Shown: positions 40,548 through 52,740 of the stretch, in pieces
Layout: the number at the start of each line of letters is the position of its first letter
Numbering within the stretch: the stretch's first letter is position 1
Assembly: GCA_030141605.1 (NCBI GenBank)
Contig: JAQGDQ010000952.1
Location: 13,011 to 77,010 of the forward strand
Length of the DNA: 64,000 nt
Source of the DNA: Tubiluchus corallicola
Lineage: Eukaryota; Animalia; Priapulida
Reading direction: 5' to 3'
Notes under the pieces: model-generated
What the model was told of the DNA's origin: nothing
Database searches by the model: none
The model's input: the letters and a program-made list of their open reading frames with translations, nothing else
Made by a program: the position numbers and the translations under genes

Positions 40548-40778
40548 CTATAAAAATGGCAACAATGATAACAACAACAGCAAAACAACGATTAAAGTAC
40601 AAAACTTATAAGAATAGTGAAAGAACTTTTACTGAAAGCATCACGTAAGACAAACTTGCTCACCTATTATAAGGACACTGTTTTCATTAAATCTTATGAC
40701 ACATAAATGTATTCAATTGACCACACTGGCTTCATGCTCTGCTGAAACTTGTTAGTCAAAAATTTGAATTTAACTCAC

Positions 40779-41355
40779 CCGACAAGTCAATCGTTAGATT
40801 ATTGTTGCTATTCAGTACATTATTGTGTAGTCTTGGCTCCTTAAGTGTTTCTATAGATGTCCATTCAATGTAAGTGAAGTTCAGCTTTGGACTTTGTGTA
40901 AAAGACAAGTGCCCAGTAATCGATGTCAGCTGGGAGCAGTTCCAAATAACGAAAACCTCCAGTCTTGTCATTGCTTGAAATGCCATAGAGTCAATTGTCT
41001 CTAAAGCAGTGAGGTTATACAAGAATAATAACCTGGTGTCAGCTGCTATACTGGTTTCATTGATGCGTTTCAGCTTCTTGGAGTCACTAATGGACAAAGT
41101 CTCGATCTTTTTTCCTGCCAAAAATTTGTCTGGAAATTCACTGCTTGAATAGTTGTAAATCCAGAGCTCGTGGATATCTTTTGGTATTGTGTTTGATATA
41201 TTCTGTACGTCTGATAGGAACAAATTTCCCCAAAAGCAATACATATGTGGCCAATCATAGCATTCGCACTGCCAATGATCATCACATGTGCTCGATCCAC
41301 TACACACCGTGATCAGAGACATCAGATAAAATCCAAGTTTGATTGGCAACTTCAT
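40779..41355 (-). CDS. LRR surface protein, exon 1 (signal peptide, Cys N-cap, ~5-6 LRRs); 391 aa in total
   Basis: MKLPIKLGFYLMSLITVCSG signal; CxxxxxCxC...C cap; LxxLxIxN repeats; donor G|GTGAG. Confidence 0.85.
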
Positions 41356-41488
41356 CTGTGGCACAAATAATTGGAACAGCAACAAATTCAAAGTTGTCTC
41401 TTCTGAAATGGTCCAGCCACGTTTCTCAACTTGAACCAAGCTAAGATTAATTCACAGTTTCAGTTTTGTCGTGTAGAATAAAAGCAGA

Positions 41489-41494
41489 TTTATA
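41489..41494 (-). promoter_or_regulatory. Candidate TATA box of the LRR gene
   Basis: TATAAA on the minus strand ~135 bp upstream of the ATG. Confidence 0.3.
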
Positions 41495-42504
41495 GATCAC
41501 TAATAATTGTCTAGTTTGTTGTAAGTAACTAAGACCGAGCAATAATAGTTCTAATAGTAATTCACAATTAGCAGCACTTGGTATAGAAACTTTAGTAATA
41601 AGGCAACAAACTTTCATCCAAATTTCACCACAAAGTAACGAAGAATGCTGCCAGTACTGAGCTGCTTTTAAATATTTCTCCAAATGATGGTAAAATATTT
41701 TGTATCCTTCTTTTAAATTGAAACTGCCTTTCCTGAGTCACTGGTGTTGATAAAACTTGCACACGTTCCATTATTTTGTGCATATCATATCACGTGTTTA
41801 AAAGTTAATACTTTGAAATTAGGTTTGTTTATGCAAAGTGCCTGTTTTGAGCATAATATAGACATTAACTGTGTACCAGAAACATTTTTTTTTGTGTAGT
41901 ATTCATCAAAATGCGTAAAAGATCAAGTTTACTGTGATATAAGTAATTTTCATTGTGTGCAGAAATTATATTTGGGAATTTACAAAACGCGTGCATTTGA
42001 AATATGGGTGTGTGAAAGGTACGAATGACTAATACGTATAGAAAATCTACCTGTAGACCTAATATACAATCTGCATATAACGTACTATGTTTTTGTTAAT
42101 TTATCATAACTATACATTTGCTGCAAATACAAAACCATATCTTAGGTAACAATTTATTACAACATTTCAACTTGTAACACCCACGAAAATGATCAGTGAA
42201 TTAGTGATCATGAATTATTAATGCTTACTAACCACATCAGAATGGGAATTTTAAAGTACGTCACTAAATTTTCCACACAAAGTTTATGACTTTGCATTAA
42301 TCTTACCTGCCTCAAAGACTTGTGTAACCAGAATAGAAAATTCCTAACAAAATAACAAGTTATCGCTCATGCTAGAAATTAAATAACCATAAATCCGTAA
42401 GAGAGATGTGCAGGCTGATATGTCAGCTAAGGGTGTCATAACGTTGTGATTCGCCTTTACATACAGCAATTATTGTGAAATATTTTACTAAGTTGTATGA
42501 AGAG

Positions 42505-43450
42505 TGCAGTTGCAATGTATATGGCCTCCAATCAATTATCATACTATTTTAATATAGTTGTATGTAAATAAAACACACTGTGGTAGTTTCTTCTCCTTCT
42601 TCCTATCCCTAATCTTACTATTTTTCCCATTCCATTATTTCTTCTGACCCTAACCATTCTTTCATTCACTCATCCTCCCTTCCCTCTCTCTCCCTTCCTT
42701 CTCTCCCTTCCCTTCCTTCTACCTATCTCTAATCTTACTATTTTTCCATTCCATCATGTCTACTAACCCTAACCATTCTTTCATTCACTCATCCTCCCTT
42801 CCCTTCTTTCTTCCTATCCCTAATCTTACTATTTTCTTCCATTCCATCATGTCTACTAACCCTAACCGTTCTTTCATTCACTCATCCTCCCTCCCTTCCT
42901 TCTTCCTATCTCTAATCTTACTATTTTCTGCCATTCCATCATGTCTACTAACCCTAACCGTTCTTTCATTCACTCATCCTCCCCTCCCTTCCTTCTTCCT
43001 ATCTCTAATCTTACTATTTTCTTCCATTCCATCATGTCTACTAACCCTAACCGTTCTTTCATTCACTCATCCTCCCCTCCCTTCCTTCTTCCTATCTCTA
43101 ATCTTACTATTTTCTTCCATTCCATCATGTCTACTAATCCTAACCGTTCTTTCATTCACTCATCCTCCCCTCCCTTCCTTCTTCCTATCTCTAATCTTAC
43201 TATTTTCTTCCATTCCATCGTGTCTACTAACTCTAACCATTCTTTCATTCACTCATTTGTGCCACCTTAACAAGCCCAGCTTTCAAGGTGTCATACAGCA
43301 ACTCTTTTACTTGGTTAATTTGACTTTGTCAATGTTTTTTTACCTATACTGTTTCTTTTTTTTCAATAATATTGTATGTTGATGTATTGTATATGTATTG
43401 CTGGAGTGAAATAAAATGAACTGATTTGATCTGATTTGATTAGATTTGAA
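42505..43450 (+). mobile_element. Second copy of the LINE 3' UTR with 93-bp minisatellite
   Basis: Direct repeat of ~37870-38955. Confidence 0.8.
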
Positions 43451-44536
43451 AATCTATAACATCTAATTATTTAATGCTTTCAGTTAGTTAATCAATTACT
43501 TAATTATTCATATATTTGCTTTTCGAGAATATAACGAGCATCTACTTTTCAAAACTCAAAAAGCTAGCTTGTGAAAAGTATACATCTGCCTGCATCGCGA
43601 GTCTTTCGTTATATTATCATTGTACTAGGGTGATCATCTTAACCCGTGTTACAAGCTAGCGTGTCCCAAACAAGTGAAATACCTCGCGTTCAGCACGCTT
43701 AATAAAATAAAACTCGAGTCGTTTTATTGCACTGAAAACATAATTTATTTTGCAATAACAACTTGGATTCTATTGCTTGTATGACTAGTATGGGGTTTGA
43801 TTAATAAACATTAAGTCAGTTATGAAATGCAGTAATTACGTGAAGTTGTTTACAACTCCGAAGTTTTATGTTACCAATTTACAAAAATGAACGCTAATAT
43901 GTGAACCTACTTGATGTAATATTACAGCATGGGCAATATAACTACAGGGTGTTACATAACATTTTGCTGTGGGTGTCCAGAAACAACGACAATTAAAATT
44001 AAACGACAATTTATTACGTCAAAATATTGCTGAAACAGTTGCGAATTCACCATACGCTTAAAGCACAAGAAAACCTTCCACTTAATAAAGTTTAAAAAAT
44101 TCGTCTTGAAATTTTACACCACTTACATACTGTCTTTTTGTATGCAGGGCTTACGTCGACAGTAACGCTGGATAAAATTAGTAAATTTAATCCCGCGATG
44201 ACCGTTAGGCGCAGCCATTTTAATGGTGGGTCGTTTGAAACAAGTTTAGATAACTTTGAGTAAAGTTTGAAAAATAAACAGAGCATGCGCAGCACACATA
44301 TTACTAACTAAGTAAAATTTTAAATGTATCTTGTCAATATGATTAAAAATACATTTTTGGTTTTAGCGAGTGGTGCACCTTGGAGGGTGAGCTAGCGACA
44401 TTTTAAAATTCGCATCAACATTTTAAATTATTATTTCTAGTTACATAAGTCTTTCCACCAGGCAAGCGAAATGCTAGTAATACAGATTTGCATGGAAAGT
44501 TTTCTGTGACATAATTTAACACCTCCTTTTCTTCCC

Positions 44537-44948
44537 CTGTATATCGATACTAGGCGGAGGAGCTGCACAAGCAGCCAACGGCTAGAAGGCGGAGGAGGTC
44601 AAGTGACCCAATGGCCATGTGTAGAGGAGCAAATCTTCCAAATCAGGAGTGGAGCCCCGAAGGCAGACCAGTGCACCATGCTCACTGACTCCGGCAGCTC
44701 CTGCAGTCAACCTGGTGCCAAACGTATCGCTCCGCTTTCCTTTGGACTACACCAGGGAGGAAGAGAGTGGGTTCCTGTTGTCTGGGCAACTCAGGATCTC
44801 CATACACCTTGCCCAGGCGTGCGCCCTGGAGACGTGCAAGGATCGCACTGCTCAGCCACAGTCGACGCTGCAGCTCCATCAATGTGATCAATAACTGACT
44901 CTCTTGGCGCACACTCCATTGTCTTCCGAGACAGAAGGATGCCAACAA
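44537..44948 (+). mobile_element. Headless copy of the 5S/RTE SINE, adjoining a Kolobok-like MITE (44058-44536)
   Basis: Matches ~30302-30710. Confidence 0.85.
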
Positions 44949-45249
44949 TATATTATGCTATGACCTTATTATGTAATGTGGTAATAACAGCAAGACTATG
45001 TACAACTTGACGACATTTATCGATTGCAAACCTGTTTTGGAGTCGATTTAATTGTTTTTATTCCCATCTACTGAATTAAGTTCGAAATAAAATGCAGTAT
45101 ACATATTACAGCAGTCAATAAATATTAAACTGACAAATACAACGTCACCTATTCGGTATGTAAGCTTCGCGGAGTTAACCGAAAACTATTGTTTTGTAAA
45201 AATGTTATTTCTACGTTTTTTCCCTTGCTTCCACCACGTAATCTTACTA

Positions 45250-45623
45250 CGGTGTTCCCTCGCTACTTTGCGGTTCGTTTATCGCGGACTCGCTGTTTCG
45301 CGGGTTTTTGCGGTACTCCGTCCAAAGTATTTTTGCACATGCGTAGTACGTGTTGTACAGTAATGTATAGATTTGATGAATTTTGCATAAAATATCACAT
45401 TTTTATGAACATTTAAGTAAAGTTTTTTTAAAAGGTATTTGTACAGTATGGGAAAGTTATTAAGGGAATAGGAAAGGGTTATGTATAAGAGTGTGGGGAG
45501 GGTTTATAAAGACTTAAAATAATGTATAACTACTAAAATAAGTATAGCGTCCCTACTTCGCGGAAATTCACTTATCGCGGGTGGGCCTGGAACGGAACAC
45601 CCTCGATAAGTGAAGGAACACTG
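45250..45623. mobile_element. Tc1/mariner (Tigger/pogo-like) MITE
   Basis: TA-CGGTGTTCCCTCG ... GAAGGAACACTG-TA; internal TATCGCGG motifs. Confidence 0.7.
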
Positions 45624-45975
45624 TATGCCTTATACATGATAGCAATTAAAAACGAAGACGTATTACATTATACTGACTGAGCATTTGTCTTGTAAATGTA
45701 TATGCGTTGCACTTTTACTTTCAATATTTTTTGCTGTAACTATAAGTATTTGGCTAAGAAAATTGCTGTCATCATCAGTATCGCTCATGAGTACCAGATT
45801 GGTCAAAATGCCCTGTGCTGTCTCCTATCACAGCTGGATTAACGTAACCGTCTCTTAGTTGACCCGTGAAGAAGTCGCTCTCTGCCTTAGGAAGAATGGC
45901 TCCTTTCCTGAAAAACGGTTTCTCTTTGGTTAAAATTATCTTTCTGATTGTGTTGCCGAGTTTGTGTGTAAGGAA

Positions 45976-46410
45976 GTCAGTCAGTCAGCCGGTCAGTCAG
46001 TCAGTCAGTCAGTCAGTCAGTCAGTCAGTCAGTCAGTCAGTCAGTCAGTCAGTCAGTCAGTCAGTCAGTCAGTCAGTCAGTCAGTCAGTCAGTCAGTCAG
46101 TCAGTCAGTCAGTCAGTCAGTCAGTCAGTCAGTCAGTCAGTCAGTCAGGAAGTCAGTCAGTCAGTCAGTCAGGAAGTCAGTCAGTCAGTCAGTCAGTCAG
46201 TCAGTCAGTCAGTCAGTCAGTCAGTCAGTCAGTCAGTCAGTCAGTCAGTCAGTCAGTCAGTCAGTCAGTCAGTCAGTCAGTCAGTCAGTCAGTCAGTCAG
46301 TCAGTCAGTCAGTCAGGAAGTCAGTCAGTCAGTCAGTCAGTCAGTCAGTCAGTCAGTCAGTTAGCCAGCCAGCCAGCCAGTCAGTCAGTCAGTCACTCAG
46401 TCACTCAGTC
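45976..46410. repeat. (GTCA)n microsatellite
   Basis: Seen directly. Confidence 0.95.
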
Positions 46411-46737
46411 ATGCAACCAACTAACGCACTCACTGCTGGTTCAACTGGTTTAATGGTTTACATGTCTCTAAGCTAAAATCCTGCTCGCGAACAAGGGAAA
46501 ACGTGCTAAATGAGTGAAAAGATCAAGGGGACAGGAGGGCATTTCAAAATGAGACAGTAATTACATGTAGTAATAATTTTTATTTATTTATGACAGTATG
46601 TAATATCAAGAGAGTACTATAAGAGAGAAAGGTGTCGGATATTGAAACAGCAATCATTTGCGTTAGTAAGTTTGGTTTAGTTTAAATCTAGTTTATTTGG
46701 CTGAAATTAAAACTGATACATGAATCCTTTCATCGTG

Positions 46738-46856
46738 CAAGTGTGGGCCCATGTACGGGCAGAAGTGTGGGCCCATGTACGGGCAGAAGTGTGTGCCCAT
46801 GTACGGCCAGAAGTGTGCGCCCATGTACGGGCAGAAGTGTGGGCCCATGTACAGGC
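46738..46856. repeat. 24-bp minisatellite x5
   Basis: Unit GCAGAAGTGTGGGCCCATGTACGG. Confidence 0.9.
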
Positions 46857-47030
46857 TGAAGTGTAGACAAAAAAGTAAAATAAATACAGACAAACACAAA
46901 TACATATACATACAAAGTAAGCAGATGAATAACATAAATATTTGACTAACTGTCACTAAATATCTTAAAATTTACCGTAAATGGATAAAATGGATCCAGA
47001 AGACTGATCACATTGAAACGTAAAGTGCAC

Positions 47031-47651
47031 TTAAAGCAAAACCGGACCCAATCTTAAACTGTAGGTCAAAACATTCTATCCTTTAAAATATTGAAAGGAA
47101 ATATAGAATTTTTTCAAAAATGACTTAGGTGAAAGAATTATTACTACATAAACGCAATTTCATGTTCACGTCACTAGTTCTCCGCTGTTACATGCATTTC
47201 TATTCGCTTGTTAGACAGGCACTAAAGACTGCCTTTCGAAAACGCTTTGCACAAAAAACAGGTGCTGTACCTCTAACTTTACATGTGTCGGTTTATGACG
47301 AACAACACACGTTCGACAGCTCATGCGTGAGCACAGCTATCAATTTGAAATTTTAAATTTATGTTAAAACTTGCCTAATTTTAGTACAACACACTGAATA
47401 TCTTACAGTAGTACTGTACTTCAATTTTCGCTTTCGCAAACACGTGCAACACGCTCGTGGGATATTTTTGCTGATAAGTCATGTTAGTTTGTGATGTCAT
47501 CAATAGCTGAGCTCGCCCAGCGTTAATTAAGTTTCAAATCTATTATTTAATTATCATAAACGCTTTTCTAGTATAGATGTGTTAAAATGTATAATTTATA
47601 TCGGACATGAAAATGGGGTAGTATATGAGAAATCATCCTGTCTTCCTTTAA
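47031..47651. mobile_element. Kolobok-like MITE
   Basis: TTAAAGCAAAACCGGA ... TCCTGTCTTCCTTTAA; related pieces at 48650-48990 and 54318-54800. Confidence 0.55.
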
Positions 47652-47779
47652 CGTAATTTTGAATGCAATCAAAAATGTTAGTTAATATCAACATTTAAAA
47701 TCATCACTTCCGCAAAGATACAATGACAGCAGTTCGCGATTTCTGTAAAATGTTGATATTAATGGCAATAATAAGTTAT

Positions 47780-48258
47780 TTAACCCTTTCATACCGGTTG
47801 TATCCCGTGGGATACGAGAATATTTTCTGCCTTTAAAATTAATAAAATTTTAAAACTGAGAGTTATTTTTTTATTTGATCTGTTAATAGTTATTTTGATT
47901 TAAGCCAATAACAATAGACTAAAAATGGTGATAAAATGGCAAACTAGAAAATCTACATAGCATAAAAAACTGCTCAAGGTACAGTACTTTAGAGACGACT
48001 TTGTACAGATCAGCATAGCATGCATACTAAATGTCTTAAATACCTTAAAAAAGTATCAGCAGTTGCAAAATGAAGCACATTTTATGCTTCCATTGAATCC
48101 CAATGTATCCCGTGGGATACAGGCTATATTTAGCACAGGGAGAAAAAAATTATTATTATGTGTAAACATAAGTACTGAACAAAGGACATACTGAACAAAA
48201 GTACCAAGACAAAATTTGTTTTCTTATAAAAAAAATAATTTGGGACTGAAAGGTTTAA
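47780..48258. mobile_element. piggyBac-like MITE
   Basis: Inverted copy of 7649-8093. Confidence 0.8.
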
Positions 48259-49002
48259 ACAAAATAAGCACATAGACGATCCCAGTTCACACACAATTCA
48301 TTTTTATTGTTTATAATAATTGTGTCCTGTTACTGAAACATTTAAAAAATGCAAGAAAATTGGAGAATCTCTGAATCGCTTCAACCTAATAATAAGTTTA
48401 GTTTGTCATAATCTAATAGGTAAATAAACTAACCTATGCACTTATTTATTTTGGAGTCGAAAACGTGGCACTCCCTTCATGGCTGCAGTGAAGAAACTCT
48501 TACCTATTTTTCACACAGCCTTCTAAGCAGGTAGGATAGCAGTTGCTATGCAGGCAGATTTCGTAATTCTAAACTGGCAGCAAATTTCCTGACAAGTCAG
48601 AAAATGCTTAAAAACCCTTTAGTGGCAAGAAACAATGCTCTCATAACCACTAAAGGAAAACCAGGATCAAGATCCAAGTTTAAACTATAGGTCCAACAAT
48701 CTACTCTCCAAAACATTGAAAGCAAACATACTATTTTTTCAAAAATGACTTGCGTGAAAGAATTATTACCAGACAAACACAATTTCACGTTAACGCCACT
48801 AGTTCTTCACGGTTACATGCATTTTGCCCTTGCATCTAGTGCTAGCGCCTGCATTGTAAAAAAGGTGCTGTACCTCTCATTTCACATGTGTCCGTTGTGA
48901 CTTAGTATATTAAGTTCGAGAGATCAGCCATGAATTTGAAATTTGAATTTAAAACTTTAAGCTTAAAGTTTTTGTATATAACCCTGAGTAAACAGTCAAG
49001 CT

Positions 49003-49150
49003 AACAGCTACTGACGTCGTGAATGCTGTCACCATAGTAACAGCTACTGACGCCGTGAATGCTGTCACCATAGTAACAGCTACTGACGCCATGAATGCTG
49101 TCACCATAGTAACAGCTACTGACGCCATGAATGCTGTCACCATAGTAACT
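49003..49150. repeat. 36-bp tandem x4, ~80 bp upstream of the PLCXD-like ATG
   Basis: Unit ACAGCTACTGACGCCATGAATGCTGTCACCATAGTA. Confidence 0.9.
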
Positions 49151-49231
49151 GCCACTCATCGAAACGCAAAATGTGGGAAACATGATTTTCTCTGACATTT
49201 TATCCCATTTTGGCAATTTCTTCAAACCATA

Positions 49232-49370
49232 ATGAATTTTTGGCTTATTTGGTGTGCGATATTGCCTCACCGGATAATTAATGCGGTCAACATCAATCCG
49301 TCAAAATGGATGGAATTACTACCAAATGTTATAACAGACAAAGTTCCACTTCATTCCTTAGCAATACCAG
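49232..49370 (+). CDS. PI-PLC X domain-containing (PLCXD-like) protein, exon 1; absent from the ORF track
   Basis: MNFWLIWCAILPHRIINAVNINPSKWMELLPNVITDKVPLHSLAIPG; WM...PL..LAIPG is the family N-terminal motif; in-frame TGA upstream; CAG|GT donor, phase 1. Confidence 0.85.
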
Positions 49371-49513
49371 GTATATCGTTTTACTTCTTTATTTTATTTT
49401 GAACTATAAAATATTAGCGTTTCTAAATTGGTTTGCGCAAAAGAATAACAACATTGCGCTTAACATCTGTTCCAGTGTGGTAGCGTTTTTAATTGTTATT
49501 TCTTCTCATTTAG

Positions 49514-49614
49514 GTTCAGCTAACTCGTTCACGTATCCATTCACCAGTAAATCTCACCAGGGACCAGATGATTGCTTATTAAAAGAATATTTGTTTGGCA
49601 AGCGTGTCGTATTG
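49514..49614 (+). CDS. PLCXD-like protein, exon 2
   Basis: TTTAG acceptor; GSANSFTYPFTSKSHQGPDD...KRVVL; GTTAG donor, phase 0. Confidence 0.8.
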
Positions 49615-50231
49615 GTTAGAAAGTATTTTTATTCTTAGTTGCATAATGTAGAAGAGACAAAAACTCATTCAGAGTTATAGATTTTTCATTCCTCAATTAC
49701 CATTATTTTCTACAAACTCATTGTCTCACCGAAAAAATGGAACTATTAGAAATATTAGAAATACTAATAGATCATTCTACTGATCAACAAAGTCATTTTT
49801 AATGTCCGTCTGTGTGCTTGGAAAAATTACAAGTTTGATATTAATAGTCAAAGTCATCATTATTGCCACCGAGTATTGATCCAACACCTTTCAGTTTTAT
49901 ATGCAGAACAGCTCCAATGTGTTTCTTGTTGCAGTATTTTAACCATCTTAGGCTGTCTTGCGAAAACACTATCTTTATCTACTAAATACTGAAAAGGACA
50001 ATTGTCTAAGCAGTGGTCAGCCATTGCTATGATGCTATTGCTCTAAAGAAATCAAGTGCTACATTCTAGCTTCGTTCACAACAATGTCTTCTGTAATTTT
50101 GCATAAATTCCCTTGTAAATGAACAAATGGTATATATGTGTGACTTTCGTGTGCTTAATCTTATGCTGCGTTGGACTTTTTATCTAATTTAAACACCTTT
50201 TTAAAATGTAGTCATATTTATTGTTTTGCAG

Positions 50232-51131
50232 AGCTGGTGCAAATGTCAGGATTTGACCCCTACTGAACAACTGACACGAGGCGTGCGCTACTTTGAAGGT
50301 AAAATTGGTTACTCAGATGAGCAGCCACCAGCCCTTGATCAAAACGTTAATTTCACACACGGTCTTTTTGGTAAAAGTGTAATTGAGGTGATGGTCGATA
50401 TAAATGAGTTTTTGATACTTCATCCGAAAGAAGTTGTGATTATTGACTTTACTAGTTTTTACGGCATCGAATCAGAACTGCACAGTGAAATCATCCATCA
50501 GGCTAAGCACCTGTTTCAGCACTTATTAGTACCTCCACCGAAACAACGAAAATTTTACACTCTGAGGGACCTTTGGATGAATCATCAGCAGGTCATTCTC
50601 ATTTACCACCATCCTATAGCCGAGGAATATGCGGAATTTGTCTGGCCAGGACGCTATGTGGATCGCACTGCAGTAGATGCAGTAGAAAAAATAGCTAGTG
50701 TAGACATACGAGAATTGATCGACAACCTAAAAACAATGTACGCTGACTGGCCAAGATCAAAGGATAAATTTCAAATTACTCCAGCTTTTTTGCCAGCTCG
50801 GAATGTTGACCAAACCACCGTTGCAAAGAAGGCGAACGGAGGGGACATTAACGTTAAACAAGCGTATGGCCGTAATATGAATAAAAATGTCGCTGAGTGG
50901 TTTAACTCAGGCCAAGTTTCAGCAGGAAGTACATATATCAATATCGTAACGATGGATTACATGCATCTTAGTGGACTGATTGAAGCTACAGTAAGTCTGA
51001 ATTACTTAGCCCGGGAGGAAAAATCAATAGAAAAAGGGGAAAGGTCTGGTACAAGTAAGACAACACCTGACCAAGTCAAGATCACGAGTTTGATGATTTT
51101 GATGTTGCTTCTTCCAATTTATTTTTATTAG
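50232..51131 (+). CDS. PLCXD-like protein, exon 3; 379 aa in total
   Basis: TTTTGCAG acceptor; SWCKCQDLTPTEQLTRGVRYF...FTHGLFG...FLILHPKEVVIIDF...NIVTMDY; hydrophobic C-terminus; AATAAA at ~51376. Confidence 0.9.
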   Translation, partial: SWCKCQDLTPTEQLTRGVRYFEGKIGYSDEQPPALDQNVNFTHGLFGKSVIEVMVDINEFLILHPKEVVIIDFTSFYGIESELHSEIIHQAKHLFQHLLVPPPKQRKFYTLRDLWMNHQQVILIYHHPIAEEYAEFVWPGRYVDRTAVDAVEKIASVDIRELIDNLKTMYADWPRSKDKFQITPAFLPARNVDQTTVAKKANGGDINVKQAYGRNMNKNVAEWFNSGQVSAGSTYINIVTMDYMHLSGLIEATVSLNYLAREEKSIEKGERSGTSKTTPDQVKITSLMILMLLLPIYFY

Positions 51132-51652
51132 TTATCAACTGGAAAAAGGGCAGTAAGACAACAGTAAATAGACAACAGTAAAACTATAGTCTGCACTGGT
51201 AGAAAAATATGCTGATTGGTAAAAACTAGTTCTTTTGTGTGTACTTAATGATTTTCAGCGGTGCCAGTATTTTCGATACTACCTTGTCATTTAAAAACAC
51301 CTGTAGTCTTCCTTAATTGTAATTTAATTAGGCCTCATATGACCAGTATTATTAGCATGTTAACTGTAAAACGGGAATAAAATTAAATAAGTAACTATCC
51401 TTAGTTGATGTTTACCAGTCTGGCGCGACTGGCGCGTTTCCATTTCTCATAATCATTGAAGCCTGTCGATTAAGCATCTTGTCGCTTTGTATTTTTCTAT
51501 ACAAACAACCTTGATTAATTTTTCAATTAATCGAATGTATGATTCACATCAAAGATTGCTTCAAGACAATTGATTTCGGCACTCGTTCAATTGCCCGACT
51601 CCGAGGGCTTAGGTTAATAAGTTGATAGGGCTATGATATGGTCCCACACAAC

Positions 51653-52705
51653 TGTAACCACGAAATATTGCGTTGTGAGTATAGATCTGTATCCCTCGAG
51701 TTTTCAAGCTGGCTCCCGCAATGAGCCGTACAATGCGAATATTTCAAGTTCGATCAGCGATTTAGTGTCTTAACGATTATGAGCCTTAGGTAACTCGTTA
51801 AACATCAAACAACTCAATAGTTACGTTAAATTTAAGAATAGTTTATTACAGTTGAAACTTACAATACAAATTCGAAGTCCAAGATAAGTACAAGATTTGT
51901 CCTTATGCGCTGATGGGCGCTTAAAATTAAGTTCGATTCCAAAGAGATACTACTCAACGTACACTATTGCTCAAGTTACTATGTATAGTTGCAACTTACG
52001 GTGGTTAAGTTACACAGTGATTACAATTCACAAACTGTTACAATTACAGTTATAGTTACAGCATCAAAATAATAAAGTAACAATCGTTATTGGCCAGATC
52101 ATGATTCCTTCACGAGACTTCTTAGCATCATTGATTTGTCGAAGCAAATGACGCAGTAGTATCACCACGCTGAGCTAAAGAATGTGTCTGGTTCCAGATC
52201 GTCTCGTCGTCGTAAACAAAACGGCACTCACCACTCACTCTGATCCTGTGCTCGTGTGTGTATGAACTCTGAACTTTCCCTTAGCTTATAAAGCGAAAGT
52301 CTTTAAGCCACGCATTGCGCAGAGGTCACTCAGTATTGCACCATTTGACCTCTCGTGGCTGACTTCCGTGACTTCCTCAGGTAATTTAATATACCAGAAG
52401 TCGCAACCCCATCACCTTAGACATTGAATAATTGCTTGATAGGATAGTTTAACAATCAGTAATGACTGGTACTGACCCTTAACAAAGTAACTTCCTGACT
52501 TCTTCATCAACAAATGGCCAGCGTCGGACACACTTAATGTCCGCTAATTGGCATGTAACTCTTTAACAAGCGGCGTTTTCTTTAACCTTTCCTTCCTCGT
52601 TCACTAACCTACGTCACTTGAACTCATTAGATTCGAACTCCTGAACTCATTAAATTCAAGATACAAGCTGGGTGAGTCACTTATAATCAAATTGTATGGT
52701 TTTCA
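51653..52705. mobile_element. Possible solo LTR
   Basis: Starts TGTAACCA; imperfect TGGTTTTCA end; no clean TSD. Confidence 0.35.
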
Positions 52706-52740
52706 ATATCAACCCAAGGAGGAGTAGTTTTATAAACAGT

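Noticed and set aside
49232-51131. Bacterial contamination or recent horizontal transfer of PI-PLC
   Set aside because: Has GT-AG introns and animal PLCXD-type motifs, and sits among host repeats.
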